The translations under genes were made by a program, and so were the position numbers. Shown piece after piece: positions 1 to 9,077 of a stretch of DNA of 64,000 bases. The notes below the pieces were generated by a model. That model saw only the letters and a program-made list of their open reading frames with translations, did no database searches and was not told the origin of the DNA. This stretch comes from Candidatus Omnitrophota bacterium (lineage in GTDB: Bacteria; Omnitrophota; Gorgyraeia; Duberdicusellales; 4484-171), in NCBI GenBank assembly GCA_043815445.1, contig JBDRIY010000054.1, forward strand, positions 527 through 64,526. Reading direction: 5' to 3'. Positions within the stretch are counted from its first letter, which is position 1. Each line of letters begins with the position of its first letter.

Positions 1-1021
1 AAACACATCTCTTTTCTAATGCTTTTAAAGCTTTGAGTACTTCCGCGGACTCTTTGTGCCCTTCTATATCTACAAAGAAATAATATTCCCAAGCTTTTCT
101 TTTAGAGGGCCGAGATTCTATCTTGGTAAGGTTAACACCACAGCCTTTAAAAGACGAAAGAACATGATAAAGCGCCCCTACTTTATCTTTTACTGCAAAC
201 AAAAGAGAAGTCTTATCATGCCCTGAAGCAGGGCTATCATTCTTAGCAATTATTAAAAATCTTGTATAGTTAGAAGCAGAATCCTCAATGGCTGGACTAA
301 GAATTTTTAAACCATAAAGATTAGCCAGAATTTTATTTCCTATACAGGCGCCCCCGAGATCTTTTTTAGCTTCTTGAGCGGCTTTGGCAGTTGAAAGAGT
401 AGGAACAAGCTCTACCCCCTTTAAAAAACGTGAAATCCATTTTCGGCATTGAGGAAATACTTGAGGGTGAGAATATACTCTTTTTATATCCTTTAAAGAT
501 GTACCTATTAGAACATGAGAAATACTTAAAGTTACTTCGGCGCATATGTTTAAAGGCGAAGAAAAAAACATATCTAAAGTATAGTTAACAACACCTTCTA
601 TAGAATTTTCTATCGGCACAACTCCATAATCAGCTTCACCTCTATCAACTTTATCAAATACATCGCTAATACTTTCAGCAGAAATATAATTAGGCTTTTT
701 ACCGAACTTTTTTATTGCCGCTAAATGAGTAAATGTTCCTTCAGGCCCTAAATAAGCTATAGCTAAGGTTGTCCTTTGCGATCGGCAAATAGATAAAATC
801 TCTCTAAAAACATCTTCTACATCCCAGGAACTAAAAGGCCCGTTATTAATCTTTTTAAGGCGCTTAAGCATGCTTGCTTCTCTTTCCGGAGAATATGTAG
901 AAATTTTATTGGCCTTCTTAACCTTACCAACCTTTATAACCTCTTGAGCTCTTTGGTTAAGAAGAGCCAAAATACCTTCGTCTATCTTATCAATCTTGCC
1001 TCTCAGCTTCTTCAACTCCAT
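1..1021 (-). CDS. pheA: bifunctional chorismate mutase / prephenate dehydratase, C-terminus cut by window edge
   Basis: Manual minus-strand translation: starts MELKKLRGKIDKIDEGILALLNQRAQE (chorismate mutase). Then TLAIAYLGPEGTFTHLAA (prephenate dehydratase) and an ACT-like C-terminal region. No stop before coordinate 1. Confidence 0.75.
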   Translation of the reverse strand, partial: MELKKLRGKIDKIDEGILALLNQRAQEVIKVGKVKKANKISTYSPEREASMLKRLKKINNGPFSSWDVEDVFREILSICRSQRTTLAIAYLGPEGTFTHLAAIKKFGKKPNYISAESISDVFDKVDRGEADYGVVPIENSIEGVVNYTLDMFFSSPLNICAEVTLSISHVLIGTSLKDIKRVYSHPQVFPQCRKWISRFLKGVELVPTLSTAKAAQEAKKDLGGACIGNKILANLYGLKILSPAIEDSASNYTRFLIIAKNDSPASGHDKTSLLFAVKDKVGALYHVLSSFKGCGVNLTKIESRPSKRKAWEYYFFVDIEGHKESAEVLKALKALEKRCV

Positions 1022-1051
1022 CTCCTTCTCCTCTAATCTCGATTCTAGATA

Positions 1052-1786
1052 CTAATCCCGAAACATTTCCCCTGCCTTCCTCAAAGAATCCAAATGCCCT
1101 ATATCAATCCATCTGCCTTCAAACGTCCATCCAAATACTTTGTCTTTTTCGGAAAGCCATTCTATATATTTACCTGAAGCATCCACACCCGCGTTAGCGT
1201 GAATAAATAGCTTTAATAAATTTAAAGACTGCTCAGGAAAAAAATACACACAAGACGCGGCTAAAGTTGATGGAGGATTTTTAGGCTTTTCTAAAAATTC
1301 AACTACTCTCTTTTTTTTGTTCAATTTAACTATCCCAAACCGCGCCGCTTTTTTCTTAGTTCGGACATCATAAAGCCCTAAAGATGAATGAGGCTTATTT
1401 TTTAAGGCGAATCGGACAAAATTTATTAAATTATCGTCAAAAAGATTATCCCCTCCTAAAACTAACCAATCCGTTTTTATATTTTTTATGGCAAATTTAA
1501 TATCTCCTACCGCGCCCCGCCTATCATCAGGGTTAGCTGAACCATCATTAATGATTTTTGCTTGAACCTTATATTTCTTTTTCCACTTTAAAAAACTTCC
1601 ATAAAATTTATCATTAACTACAATTCTAATCTCTTCTATAGGAAAATGCTTTTTTAAAACCTCTATTTTATCAATTAAATAATTAATCATGGGCTTTTTA
1701 TTCACCGGCAATAAAGGTTTAGCTATCCTTAAAGTCAAAGGATAAAGCCTTGTCCCATAACCAGCCGCTAAAATTACTACCTTCAT
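1052..1786 (-). CDS. sugar-phosphate nucleotidyltransferase (NTP_transferase family)
   Basis: N-terminus MKVVILAAGYGTRLYPLTLRIAKPLLPV matches the G-x-G-T-R nucleotidyltransferase signature. Confidence 0.6.
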   Translation of the reverse strand: MKVVILAAGYGTRLYPLTLRIAKPLLPVNKKPMINYLIDKIEVLKKHFPIEEIRIVVNDKFYGSFLKWKKKYKVQAKIINDGSANPDDRRGAVGDIKFAIKNIKTDWLVLGGDNLFDDNLINFVRFALKNKPHSSLGLYDVRTKKKAARFGIVKLNKKKRVVEFLEKPKNPPSTLAASCVYFFPEQSLNLLKLFIHANAGVDASGKYIEWLSEKDKVFGWTFEGRWIDIGHLDSLRKAGEMFRD

Positions 1787-1802
1787 GATATATATCCGCG
1801 TC

Positions 1803-3563
1803 TCAAATCATTAACGAATGATAAAGTTCTTCTTTCAAGAGCTTTTTTAATTCGTCATGCAAAACCTTTTCCACTTCTTTAGCGGTAGAAAGCTGCAAAA
1901 TATTTTCAACGATATTCTCAGTATCCTTAAAACTAATGTTATTTATCAACTCTTTTATTTTAGGAACATTAGGGGCGGGCATACTAAAGTTGTCTAACCC
2001 CATTCTCAAAAGTAAAAAGGCAAAAATAGGTTCTCCGGACATCTCTCCGCACATCCCTACAGAAATATCGTTACGATGAGCAGCGTCAACTATACCTTTT
2101 ATCAACTTTAAAACTGCTGGATGGCCGGGCTCATAAAGATAGGCAACTTTTTCATTGGTTCTATCCACGGCTAAAGAATACTGAATTAAATCATTGGTTC
2201 CGATACTAAAAAAATCGCTTTCTTTAGCCAAAGTATCCGCTGTCAAGGCGGCAGAAGGAACTTCAATCATCGTCCCCACAGGAATATTCTCATCAAAATC
2301 CACACCCTCTTTTTTTAACTCCGCCTTACACTCTTTTAAAAGTATTTTTGCTTCTCTAAGCTCTTCTATCCCCGAAATCATAGGAAACATCAATTTTACA
2401 TTTTTGCCGACAGATGACCTTAGAATGGCTCTTAACTGCGTTTTAAAAACTTCCGGCCGGGCCAAGCAAAATCTAATTGCCCTCCAACCTAAAAAAGGGC
2501 TAATTTCTTTGGGAACCTGAGGCTGAGAAAGAAACTTATCTCCTCCAATATCAATTGTTCTAAAAATTACTGAATGGCTCTTTATGCCTTTTGCTACTTT
2601 AGAATAAGCCTTATACTGCTCCTCTTCCGAAGGCAGCTCTTTTCTTCCTAAAAAAATATACTCTGTCCGATAAAGGCCTATTCCCTCTGCTCCATATTTC
2701 TTAACTAAAGGAATTTCTTCAGGAAGCTCTATATTCGCGGAAACCATTCTTTCTACCCCGTCAGTAGTACAAGCTCTAAGAGCTTTAGGCATATAGATTG
2801 CTTCTATTTCCTTGGTATATATTGTCGATTTTTTTCTATATTCTTTCAATATTTTATCGATAGGGTTAACCATAACTTTACCTGAGGAACCATCAACTAT
2901 AACCTTATCCCCGGTTTTTATATTTATGGTAGCAGTTTCAACCCCCACAACCGCGGGAATTCCTAAACTACGGGCGATGATCGCGGTATGAGAAGTTCTT
3001 CCTCCTACGTCGGTGATAAAACCTAAAATATTTTCCTTAGGAAGAGACGCGGTTTGAGAAGGAGCAAGGTCATGAGCGACAATAATCACTTTTTCTTTTA
3101 AACCGCTTAAGCTTATTGATTTTTCCTTAAGCATTGTCTTTAAAACCCTTCGGGAAATATCTTCAATATCTACCACCCTTTCTCTTAAATATTCATCATC
3201 AAGCTTAAGTAGAGTATCTACATATTTTTCAATACTTCTTGAAAAAGCGCATTCAACGTTTATCTTATCATTCTTAATTTGTTTGATAACATCTTCTATC
3301 AAAACTCTATCTTCTAAAACAAGAAAGTGGGCTTCAAATATTCTCGCGTGGTCAAAACCTATATCCTGAGAAACTTTCTTTTGAAGCTCTGAAATCTGGC
3401 GCCGAGTATCAATCAAGGCTTCTTCAAAGCGGTAAATCTCCCGAGAAATCTCATCATGAGCAATTTTGCGTTTTGGAACAGAAAGCTCATCCTTTCTCAG
3501 AAGTAAAACTCTTCCTATGCCAACTCCTCCGGAAACCGCGATACCTTTTAGTTTAATCATCAT
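1803..3563 (-). CDS. ptsI: phosphoenolpyruvate-protein phosphotransferase (PTS enzyme I)
   Basis: 586 aa. GGRTSHTAIIARSLGIPAVVG active-site His region and PEP-utilising C-terminal domain. Followed by HPr. Confidence 0.9.
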   Translation of the reverse strand: MMIKLKGIAVSGGVGIGRVLLLRKDELSVPKRKIAHDEISREIYRFEEALIDTRRQISELQKKVSQDIGFDHARIFEAHFLVLEDRVLIEDVIKQIKNDKINVECAFSRSIEKYVDTLLKLDDEYLRERVVDIEDISRRVLKTMLKEKSISLSGLKEKVIIVAHDLAPSQTASLPKENILGFITDVGGRTSHTAIIARSLGIPAVVGVETATINIKTGDKVIVDGSSGKVMVNPIDKILKEYRKKSTIYTKEIEAIYMPKALRACTTDGVERMVSANIELPEEIPLVKKYGAEGIGLYRTEYIFLGRKELPSEEEQYKAYSKVAKGIKSHSVIFRTIDIGGDKFLSQPQVPKEISPFLGWRAIRFCLARPEVFKTQLRAILRSSVGKNVKLMFPMISGIEELREAKILLKECKAELKKEGVDFDENIPVGTMIEVPSAALTADTLAKESDFFSIGTNDLIQYSLAVDRTNEKVAYLYEPGHPAVLKLIKGIVDAAHRNDISVGMCGEMSGEPIFAFLLLRMGLDNFSMPAPNVPKIKELINNISFKDTENIVENILQLSTAKEVEKVLHDELKKLLKEELYHSLMI

Positions 3564-3819
3564 TACTCTCTAGAAAATTCTTTAACTCACTCATAGCAAC
3601 GCTTGCGTCGCTGCCTTCTATAGATACTTTTACCGCCATACCGTTATTAATCCCTAAACTTAATATTGCTATTATTGATTTTCCGTCAACAATCTCCCCA
3701 TCTTTCTCCAGCCAGACAGAAGAATTAAATTTATTGGCCCGCTGAACAAAAATAGTAGCTGGCCGGGCATGCAGGCCATGTGCTTTATTGACAATTACTA
3801 GTTCTTCAATTCTTTCCAT
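3553..3819 (-). CDS. ptsH: phosphocarrier protein HPr
   Basis: 88 aa. GLHARPA His15 motif, and Ser46-region SIIAILSLG. Confidence 0.85.
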   Translation of the reverse strand: MERIEELVIVNKAHGLHARPATIFVQRANKFNSSVWLEKDGEIVDGKSIIAILSLGINNGMAVKVSIEGSDASVAMSELKNFLESNDD

Positions 3820-5060
3820 TTTCTTTTATTATAATAATTATAAATATTCATGATTTCTTTAGCTGTCTTTTTTGAATCATGACGTAAATAATTTTCCTTA
3901 CTTACAACATCAGCTTCAAAAACTTTTATGCCCATTGTTTTTAATCTTTCCCGGTCAAAAACAATAGGAAACGACTTCTCCTTGGCGTAATTAACAAGCA
4001 AACGATATTTAAGCCGGCCGGAACTCACTAAACAACTGTTAACAACTCTTTTTTTAGCATGTTTCATAATCATATTAAGATGATCAGAGGCTGTAAAACC
4101 ATCGGTTTCGCCATGCTGAGTCATAACATTACAAAGATACAATTTAATACTGTTATGCTGAGCAATAGTTTCGCTGATCTCTTCTATAAGAAGATTAGGG
4201 AGAATGCTGGTAAACAAGCTTCCCGGGCCGAAAATTATTATTTCCGCTTTTTTTATGGCCTCAATAACCTCCGGATTAGGTTGAACATCTTCGGGAAGCA
4301 AATATAGTTTTTTAATGAATTTTCCCTCATCAGGAATTTTATCTTCTCCTATCTTAGCTGTTCCATCGCTATATTCAGCCTTAAGCCTAACCTTATCCAA
4401 ACTTGAAGGCAAAACTCTTCCCCTTATAGCTAAAACTATGCTGGATTCTTCTACCGCGGCTTTAAAACTTCCGGTAACTTGAGTCATTGCCGTGATAAAA
4501 AGATTACCGAAACTATGGCCTTTGATTCCGTTGCCTTCTTTAAAGCGGTACTGGAATAAATCCCTCATCAGCTGAGGCGCCTCAGCTAAAGAAACAAGGC
4601 AATTCCTTATATCCCCCGGAGGTAAAATTCCAAACTCCTCTCGAATACGCCCTGAAGAACCCCCTTCATCAGCAACAGCAACTACCGCGGTTATATTGGC
4701 GGTATATTCTTTTAATCCTTCTAAAATTGTAGAAAGCCCTGTTCCTCCTCCGATAGCAACTACTCTCGGCCCCTTAGAAAGAAATCTTTTCTCATAAATT
4801 ACATCTATAAACCCTTTATTTTTACCGGGAAAAATAACTTCAGAAAAGCTTCTAGTAAGAGATTTTATTCCCGCTATAAACCCTACGAAAGAAAGAACAA
4901 ATATAAAAATATCAAATATCTTTAAAACTAAATAAGTATCATAAAAAAATCTTATGGCTGAGAAAACTACAAAAAAGAAACTTAGGGATAATAAGATAAC
5001 CCACCTTTTTATCTTTAATCCGGGATAAAACCATTTTATAACTTTTAGAATTTTTTTCAT
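3798..5060 (-). CDS. YvcK/CofD-family (UPF0052, gluconeogenesis factor) protein with N-terminal membrane segment
   Basis: VVAIGGGTGLSTILEGLK ... AVVAVADEGGSSGRIREEFGILPPGDIRNCLVSLAE signature. ~90 aa hydrophobic N-terminal extension. Confidence 0.75.
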   Translation of the reverse strand: MKKILKVIKWFYPGLKIKRWVILLSLSFFFVVFSAIRFFYDTYLVLKIFDIFIFVLSFVGFIAGIKSLTRSFSEVIFPGKNKGFIDVIYEKRFLSKGPRVVAIGGGTGLSTILEGLKEYTANITAVVAVADEGGSSGRIREEFGILPPGDIRNCLVSLAEAPQLMRDLFQYRFKEGNGIKGHSFGNLFITAMTQVTGSFKAAVEESSIVLAIRGRVLPSSLDKVRLKAEYSDGTAKIGEDKIPDEGKFIKKLYLLPEDVQPNPEVIEAIKKAEIIIFGPGSLFTSILPNLLIEEISETIAQHNSIKLYLCNVMTQHGETDGFTASDHLNMIMKHAKKRVVNSCLVSSGRLKYRLLVNYAKEKSFPIVFDRERLKTMGIKVFEADVVSKENYLRHDSKKTAKEIMNIYNYYNKRKWKELKN

Positions 5061-5596
5061 CGAACTGCCTGTTGCTGCTTATCCAATAAAGCTAAAACCT
5101 CTTCTTCATTTTTGGCGTTTTTTAATCTCTGAATAAGGTATTTATCACGCAGTATGCGCGCTAAAAGCGCTAACATCTTAAGGTGCAAACCTGCCTCTTT
5201 CTGATTAGAAAGGAGAAAAGCAACAATATTAACCGGTTCTTGATCTAAGGAATCAAAATCAAGCCCTTCCGGAGATATACCTAAACAAATTATGATATCT
5301 TTAACTGAGTCAATTCGGGCATGAGGAAAAGCTATGTGCTTACCGATAGCGGTAGAGCCCATATCTTCTCTTTGTAAAACGACTTTTAAAATTTCTTTTT
5401 TCTTTTCTTTAGCTATTTTCTTATTTTGAACAAGATGGTCGAGAATGGTAGAAATAACATTTTTTTTGCTCTTTGGCTTTAAACCTAAAATAACACTTTT
5501 TTTATCTAAATAATTTAAAACGTTTATATCCATACAATAAATTGTTGTTTGTAGTTTGTTGTTTGTGATTCGTGGTTTTTTCTCCTTCTTCCCCAA
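5057..5596 (-). CDS. PTS EIIA(Ntr)-like regulatory protein
   Basis: HIAFPHAR phospho-His motif of the fructose/mannitol-family EIIA fold. Linked to ptsI, ptsH and yvcK, as in ptsN loci. Confidence 0.6.
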   Translation of the reverse strand: MGKKEKKPRITNNKLQTTIYCMDINVLNYLDKKSVILGLKPKSKKNVISTILDHLVQNKKIAKEKKKEILKVVLQREDMGSTAIGKHIAFPHARIDSVKDIIICLGISPEGLDFDSLDQEPVNIVAFLLSNQKEAGLHLKMLALLARILRDKYLIQRLKNAKNEEEVLALLDKQQQAVR

Positions 5597-5640
5597 CTAA
5601 CTACAAGCTGCTAACTACAAACTACTATTTTGGAGCGGAG

Positions 5641-5717
5641 GAAGGGAATCGAACCCTCAACCTTCACGTTGGCAACGTGACGCTCTAGCCAATTGAGCTA
5701 CCCCCGCAAAGAAAAAT
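5641..5717 (-). tRNA. tRNA-Gly (anticodon GCC)
   Basis: Reverse complement folds as a cloverleaf. Acceptor stem GCGGGGG, D-arm GCTCAATTGGCTAGAGC, anticodon loop TTGCCAA, T-arm GAGGGTTCGATTCCCTT. Confidence 0.8.
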
Positions 5718-5856
5718 GCAAATCATTTCAAATTGCAAATTTAGCATTTAAAATTTTAAGAAGATTTTCCCGCTTCGCTGTCAATCCCGAAGAATTTCAT
5801 AGAAGATTTATTTCTCAAGCTATATGTTTTACTTTCAAAAAATACTGTTTCCTCTA

Positions 5857-5938
5857 TGCGGACGGGGAGAGTTGAACTCCCACCTCTTTCGAGATATGAT
5901 CCTAAGTCATACGCGTCTGCCAATTCCGCCACGTCCGC
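5857..5938 (-). tRNA. tRNA-Leu (anticodon TAG), long variable arm
   Basis: Reverse complement: acceptor stem GCGGACG, anticodon stem-loop TATGA-CTTAGGA-TCATA, variable hairpin TCTCGAAAGAGG, T-arm GGGAGTTCAACTCTCCC. Confidence 0.75.
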
Positions 5939-6031
5939 GCCTTACCCTAAATTATGAATCCTATATAAATATTTTTAAAAAACTATATCCAGCATCCAGT
6001 ATCGAGTATCTCGTATCGAGTATCGAAAAAA

Positions 6032-6104
6032 TGAGCCGCCCGAGGGTCGAACTCGGAACACCCGCCTTAAAAGGGCGATGCTCTACCAACTGAGCTAGCG
6101 GCCC
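6032..6104 (-). tRNA. tRNA-Lys (anticodon TTT)
   Basis: Reverse complement GGGCCGCTAGCTCAGTTGGTAGAGC..CTTTTAA..CCGAGTTCGACCCTCGG..GCGGCTCA gives a canonical cloverleaf. Confidence 0.8.
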
Positions 6105-6105
6105 A

Positions 6106-6666
6106 TTAAAATTCTTTTAATTCTTTTTCTTTTTCTTCTAAAATTTTATCTATTAGGCTAATATGTTTATCGGTAAGCTTCTGTAAATCTTCTTCGGAAT
6201 TAAAACGTTGGTCTTCAGCAATCTTTTTATCTTTTTCTAATCCTTTTATTTTATCTTTTCCATCTTTGCGAACTGTCCTAATTGATACTTTCCCTTCCTC
6301 AGTAATCTTTTTAACTATTTTTGCTAAATCACACCTTCTCTCTTCCGACAAAGGGGGCACTATTAATCTAATAATTTTTCCATCATTGATAGGAGTAATG
6401 CCTAATTCAGACTGCAATATAGCTTTTTCAATTTCCTTTAAAGACGTAGGGTCATAAGGGCTTATTACTATCATTCTTGCTTCAGGAATTCCTATTGTTG
6501 CCAGTTCTTTAAGCAAAGTAGGCGTTCCATAATAATTAACCCTAACACCCTCAATCATCTTCGGGTTAGCCCTACCCGAACGAAGTTCAGCCAGCTCCCT
6601 TTTAATAGCCTCGATAGTCTTCTTCATACTTTCTTCTATCTCTTTAAGAACAATTTTGCTAACCAT
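6106..6666 (-). CDS. frr: ribosome recycling factor
   Basis: Matches the RRF family throughout. The ORF-track N-terminal extension (MFRISIFGFRIYFGG) is translation of the upstream repeat element. Start is more likely at MVSKIV. Confidence 0.85.
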   Translation of the reverse strand: MVSKIVLKEIEESMKKTIEAIKRELAELRSGRANPKMIEGVRVNYYGTPTLLKELATIGIPEARMIVISPYDPTSLKEIEKAILQSELGITPINDGKIIRLIVPPLSEERRCDLAKIVKKITEEGKVSIRTVRKDGKDKIKGLEKDKKIAEDQRFNSEEDLQKLTDKHISLIDKILEEKEKELKEF

Positions 6667-6883
6667 AAATCCTCCAAAGTAAATCCGAAATCCGAATATC
6701 GAAATCCGAAACAAATTCGAATGACCAAAATCCTAATAACCGAAACAATATTCCCCGTTTTGCCTGTCCGCCGTGGCGGGAAAATTTGAACATTCGAATT
6801 TAGAATTTGTTTCGAATTTCGTGCTTCGTATTTCGAATTTATTCATTTTTCTGATTTCGTGCTTCGAATTTATTATTCTTTAG
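6667..6883. repeat. MITE-like intergenic repeat, copy 1. Inverted arms aaatccgaaacaaat / atttgtttcg(a/g)attt flank a ~75 bp core. This copy has a GC hairpin insert and an internal tandem duplication.
   Basis: ~130 bp align with 14884..15027. Confidence 0.6.
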
Positions 6884-7597
6884 TTATTTAATAACCGTTC
6901 CTATACTTCCCCCGCAAACTACTTTTTTCAAATTTCCTTCTTTCATAAAATTAAAAACTATAATAGGCAGTTTATTTTCCATACATAGGCTAATGGCTGT
7001 AGCATCCATTATTTTTAACTTTTTATTCATCACTTCCATATAGCTCATTTGTTTAAACATCTTAGCATTTTTATTTTTAAAAGGGTCGCAGGAGTAAACC
7101 CCATCCACTTTTGTGCCTTTAAGTAAGATATCAACCCCCACCTCAATACTTCTTAAGGCCGCGGCCGTATCTGTAGTAAAGTAAGGATTGCCTGTGCCGG
7201 CAACAAAAATTACCACTCTTTTTTTCTCCATATGCCGCACCGCCCGCCTACGAATATAAGGCTCAGCAATCCTCTGCATTCCAATAGCCGTCATAACCCT
7301 GCTGGGAACACCTTGATTTTCTAAAGCGTTCTGAAGAGCTAAACCGTTTATAACTGTCGCTAACATCCCCATATAATCAGCAACAGTTCTTTGCATCTGA
7401 AAATCTTTAGAACGAGAGGCTCCTCTAAAAATATTACCGCCGCCAACAACTAAAGCCATTTCAACACCCGGTTGAATAACCTCTTTAATTTGTTTTGCTA
7501 AATGAGCGCATACTGACGTGTCGATTCCATGAGAATGCTTGCCTAAAAAAGCTTCTCCGCTTAGTTTAAGAAGAACTCTTTTGTATCTGGCTTTCAT
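6884..7597 (-). CDS. pyrH: UMP kinase
   Basis: 237 aa. [11 protein letters not shown] and [10 protein letters not shown] amino-acid-kinase motifs. Confidence 0.9.
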   Translation of the reverse strand: MKARYKRVLLKLSGEAFLGKHSHGIDTSVCAHLAKQIKEVIQPGVEMALVVGGGNIFRGASRSKDFQMQRTVADYMGMLATVINGLALQNALENQGVPSRVMTAIGMQRIAEPYIRRRAVRHMEKKRVVIFVAGTGNPYFTTDTAAALRSIEVGVDILLKGTKVDGVYSCDPFKNKNAKMFKQMSYMEVMNKKLKIMDATAISLCMENKLPIIVFNFMKEGNLKKVVCGGSIGTVIK

Positions 7598-7619
7598 GCT
7601 TCTCCCTTTTTAGAGCTTA

Positions 7620-8144
7620 TTAATGCTCTTCTCCCAAAGAAAAACGCGTGAATCTTCTTATCACGATATTTTCTCCGGTTTGAGACACTATCTCCCGCAA
7701 ACAATCTTCTACAGTATTTTTACTATCTTTTATAAAAGGCTGGTTCAAAAGACAATACTGTTTAACGTACTCATCAGGATTTTTTACACTATTTAAAACA
7801 TCCGCGGGAATATCCTCTTTCTTAATATACTCAGGATTAGCCGCGGCTATTTGCATAGCTACATCCTTAACGAACTTTTTAAATTTTTCTGTGCGGGCAA
7901 CAAAATCAGTCTCACAATTTATTTCTACTAATACGCCAAGATTACCTCCGAAATGAACATAAGACTCTACCAAGCCTTGGCTGGCTAATCTTGAGCCTTT
8001 TTTTTGAAGCATCTGAATTCCTTTATTTTTAAGTATTTTTAAGGCTTGGTTAAAATCGCCTTTTGTTTCGCTTAAAGCCTTTTTGCAGTCATTAATGCCT
8101 AAAGAAGTTACTTCTCTTAATTTCTTAATATCACTCAAACCCAT
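7620..8144 (-). CDS. tsf: translation elongation factor Ts (short form)
   Basis: LREVTSLGINDCKKALSETKGDFNQALKILKNKG UBA-like N-terminus plus EF-Ts core. Sits between rpsB and pyrH as usual. Confidence 0.8.
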   Translation of the reverse strand: MGLSDIKKLREVTSLGINDCKKALSETKGDFNQALKILKNKGIQMLQKKGSRLASQGLVESYVHFGGNLGVLVEINCETDFVARTEKFKKFVKDVAMQIAAANPEYIKKEDIPADVLNSVKNPDEYVKQYCLLNQPFIKDSKNTVEDCLREIVSQTGENIVIRRFTRFSLGEEH

Positions 8145-8215
8145 CTTATTCCTCCTCTCATATTGAAATTCCCATAAAGACTTATTAGGATTTAACTATT
8201 AAATATTGGAATTTA

Positions 8216-8986
8216 TTATTTATCATTTGGAGTTTCATTATTTTCTGAAATCTCCTTTTCATTTATTTTTTCATCTACTGTTTCTTCATCTGTTTTTTCT
8301 TCTATCGATAGGCCCTCATTAATAGCTTCTATAATAGAAGAAGTTATATATTTTACTGACTTTATAGAATCATCATTTCCCGGAATAGGGTAATTAATGA
8401 TATCCGGATTAGCGTCAGTATCAATCAAAGCTATAATAGGTATATCGAGTTTATTCAGCTCCCGAACGCAAGCAACTTCTTTTTTGGGGTCAACGAGATA
8501 AACACAGCTCGGAAGGCTATCTAAAGCAATGACTCCGCTATAGTTCTTCTCCATTCTTTCTATTTCTCGATTAAGCCGAACCACCTCTTTCCTGGGCCTC
8601 TTATCAAATTCACCCTTTTCTCTTTGATCCAAAAGGTTTATGTATCTGTTTACTCTGCTCCTTATGGTAGAAAAATTAGTGAGCAGGCCCCCGACCCACC
8701 TTTCTACTATATAAGGCATACCACAAGAAACCGCCAACTCTTTTATTTCGCCGCGAAGCTGTTTCTTGGTAGCGACGAAAAGAATTTTCTCTCCGGATTT
8801 TGCCTTTTCCTTAACAAAATCCTTAGCTTCCTGCAATTTTTGAGCTGTTTTTTCCAAATCAATAATATAAACATTCTTCTTCTTACCAAAGATAAACCTT
8901 TTCATTTTAGGATTCCAATGTTTGCTTAAATGCCCAAAGTGAACCCCATTTTCTAACAATTCTCTAATAACTTCAGGTAACGCCAT
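8216..8986 (-). CDS. rpsB: 30S ribosomal protein S2 with acidic C-terminal tail
   Basis: LLENGVHFGH ... VYIIDL ... ILFVATKKQ S2 motifs. Confidence 0.9.
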   Translation of the reverse strand: MALPEVIRELLENGVHFGHLSKHWNPKMKRFIFGKKKNVYIIDLEKTAQKLQEAKDFVKEKAKSGEKILFVATKKQLRGEIKELAVSCGMPYIVERWVGGLLTNFSTIRSRVNRYINLLDQREKGEFDKRPRKEVVRLNREIERMEKNYSGVIALDSLPSCVYLVDPKKEVACVRELNKLDIPIIALIDTDANPDIINYPIPGNDDSIKSVKYITSSIIEAINEGLSIEEKTDEETVDEKINEKEISENNETPNDK

Positions 8987-9077
8987 AGTCTTTATTCCTC
9001 CTTTCTAATTAATAAAGTATATCATATATCTTAATATTTTCAATGAGGCCATTAAAAGGCCTCTGTTTTCAGAGCTC

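Noticed and set aside
2194-2520. Short + strand ORFs inside large minus-strand genes. Examples: 2194..2520, 4059..4307, 8624..8929, 15928..16239, 18736..18996, 20906..21280, 24396..24608, 33479..33826, 34727..35023 and similar.
   Set aside because: They lie wholly within well-supported CDSs on the opposite strand. They have low-complexity composition, no RBS and no recognisable domains.
6667-6714. N-terminal 16 residues of the 202-aa frr ORF
   Set aside because: They translate the intergenic repeat element. RRF homology begins at the internal Met.
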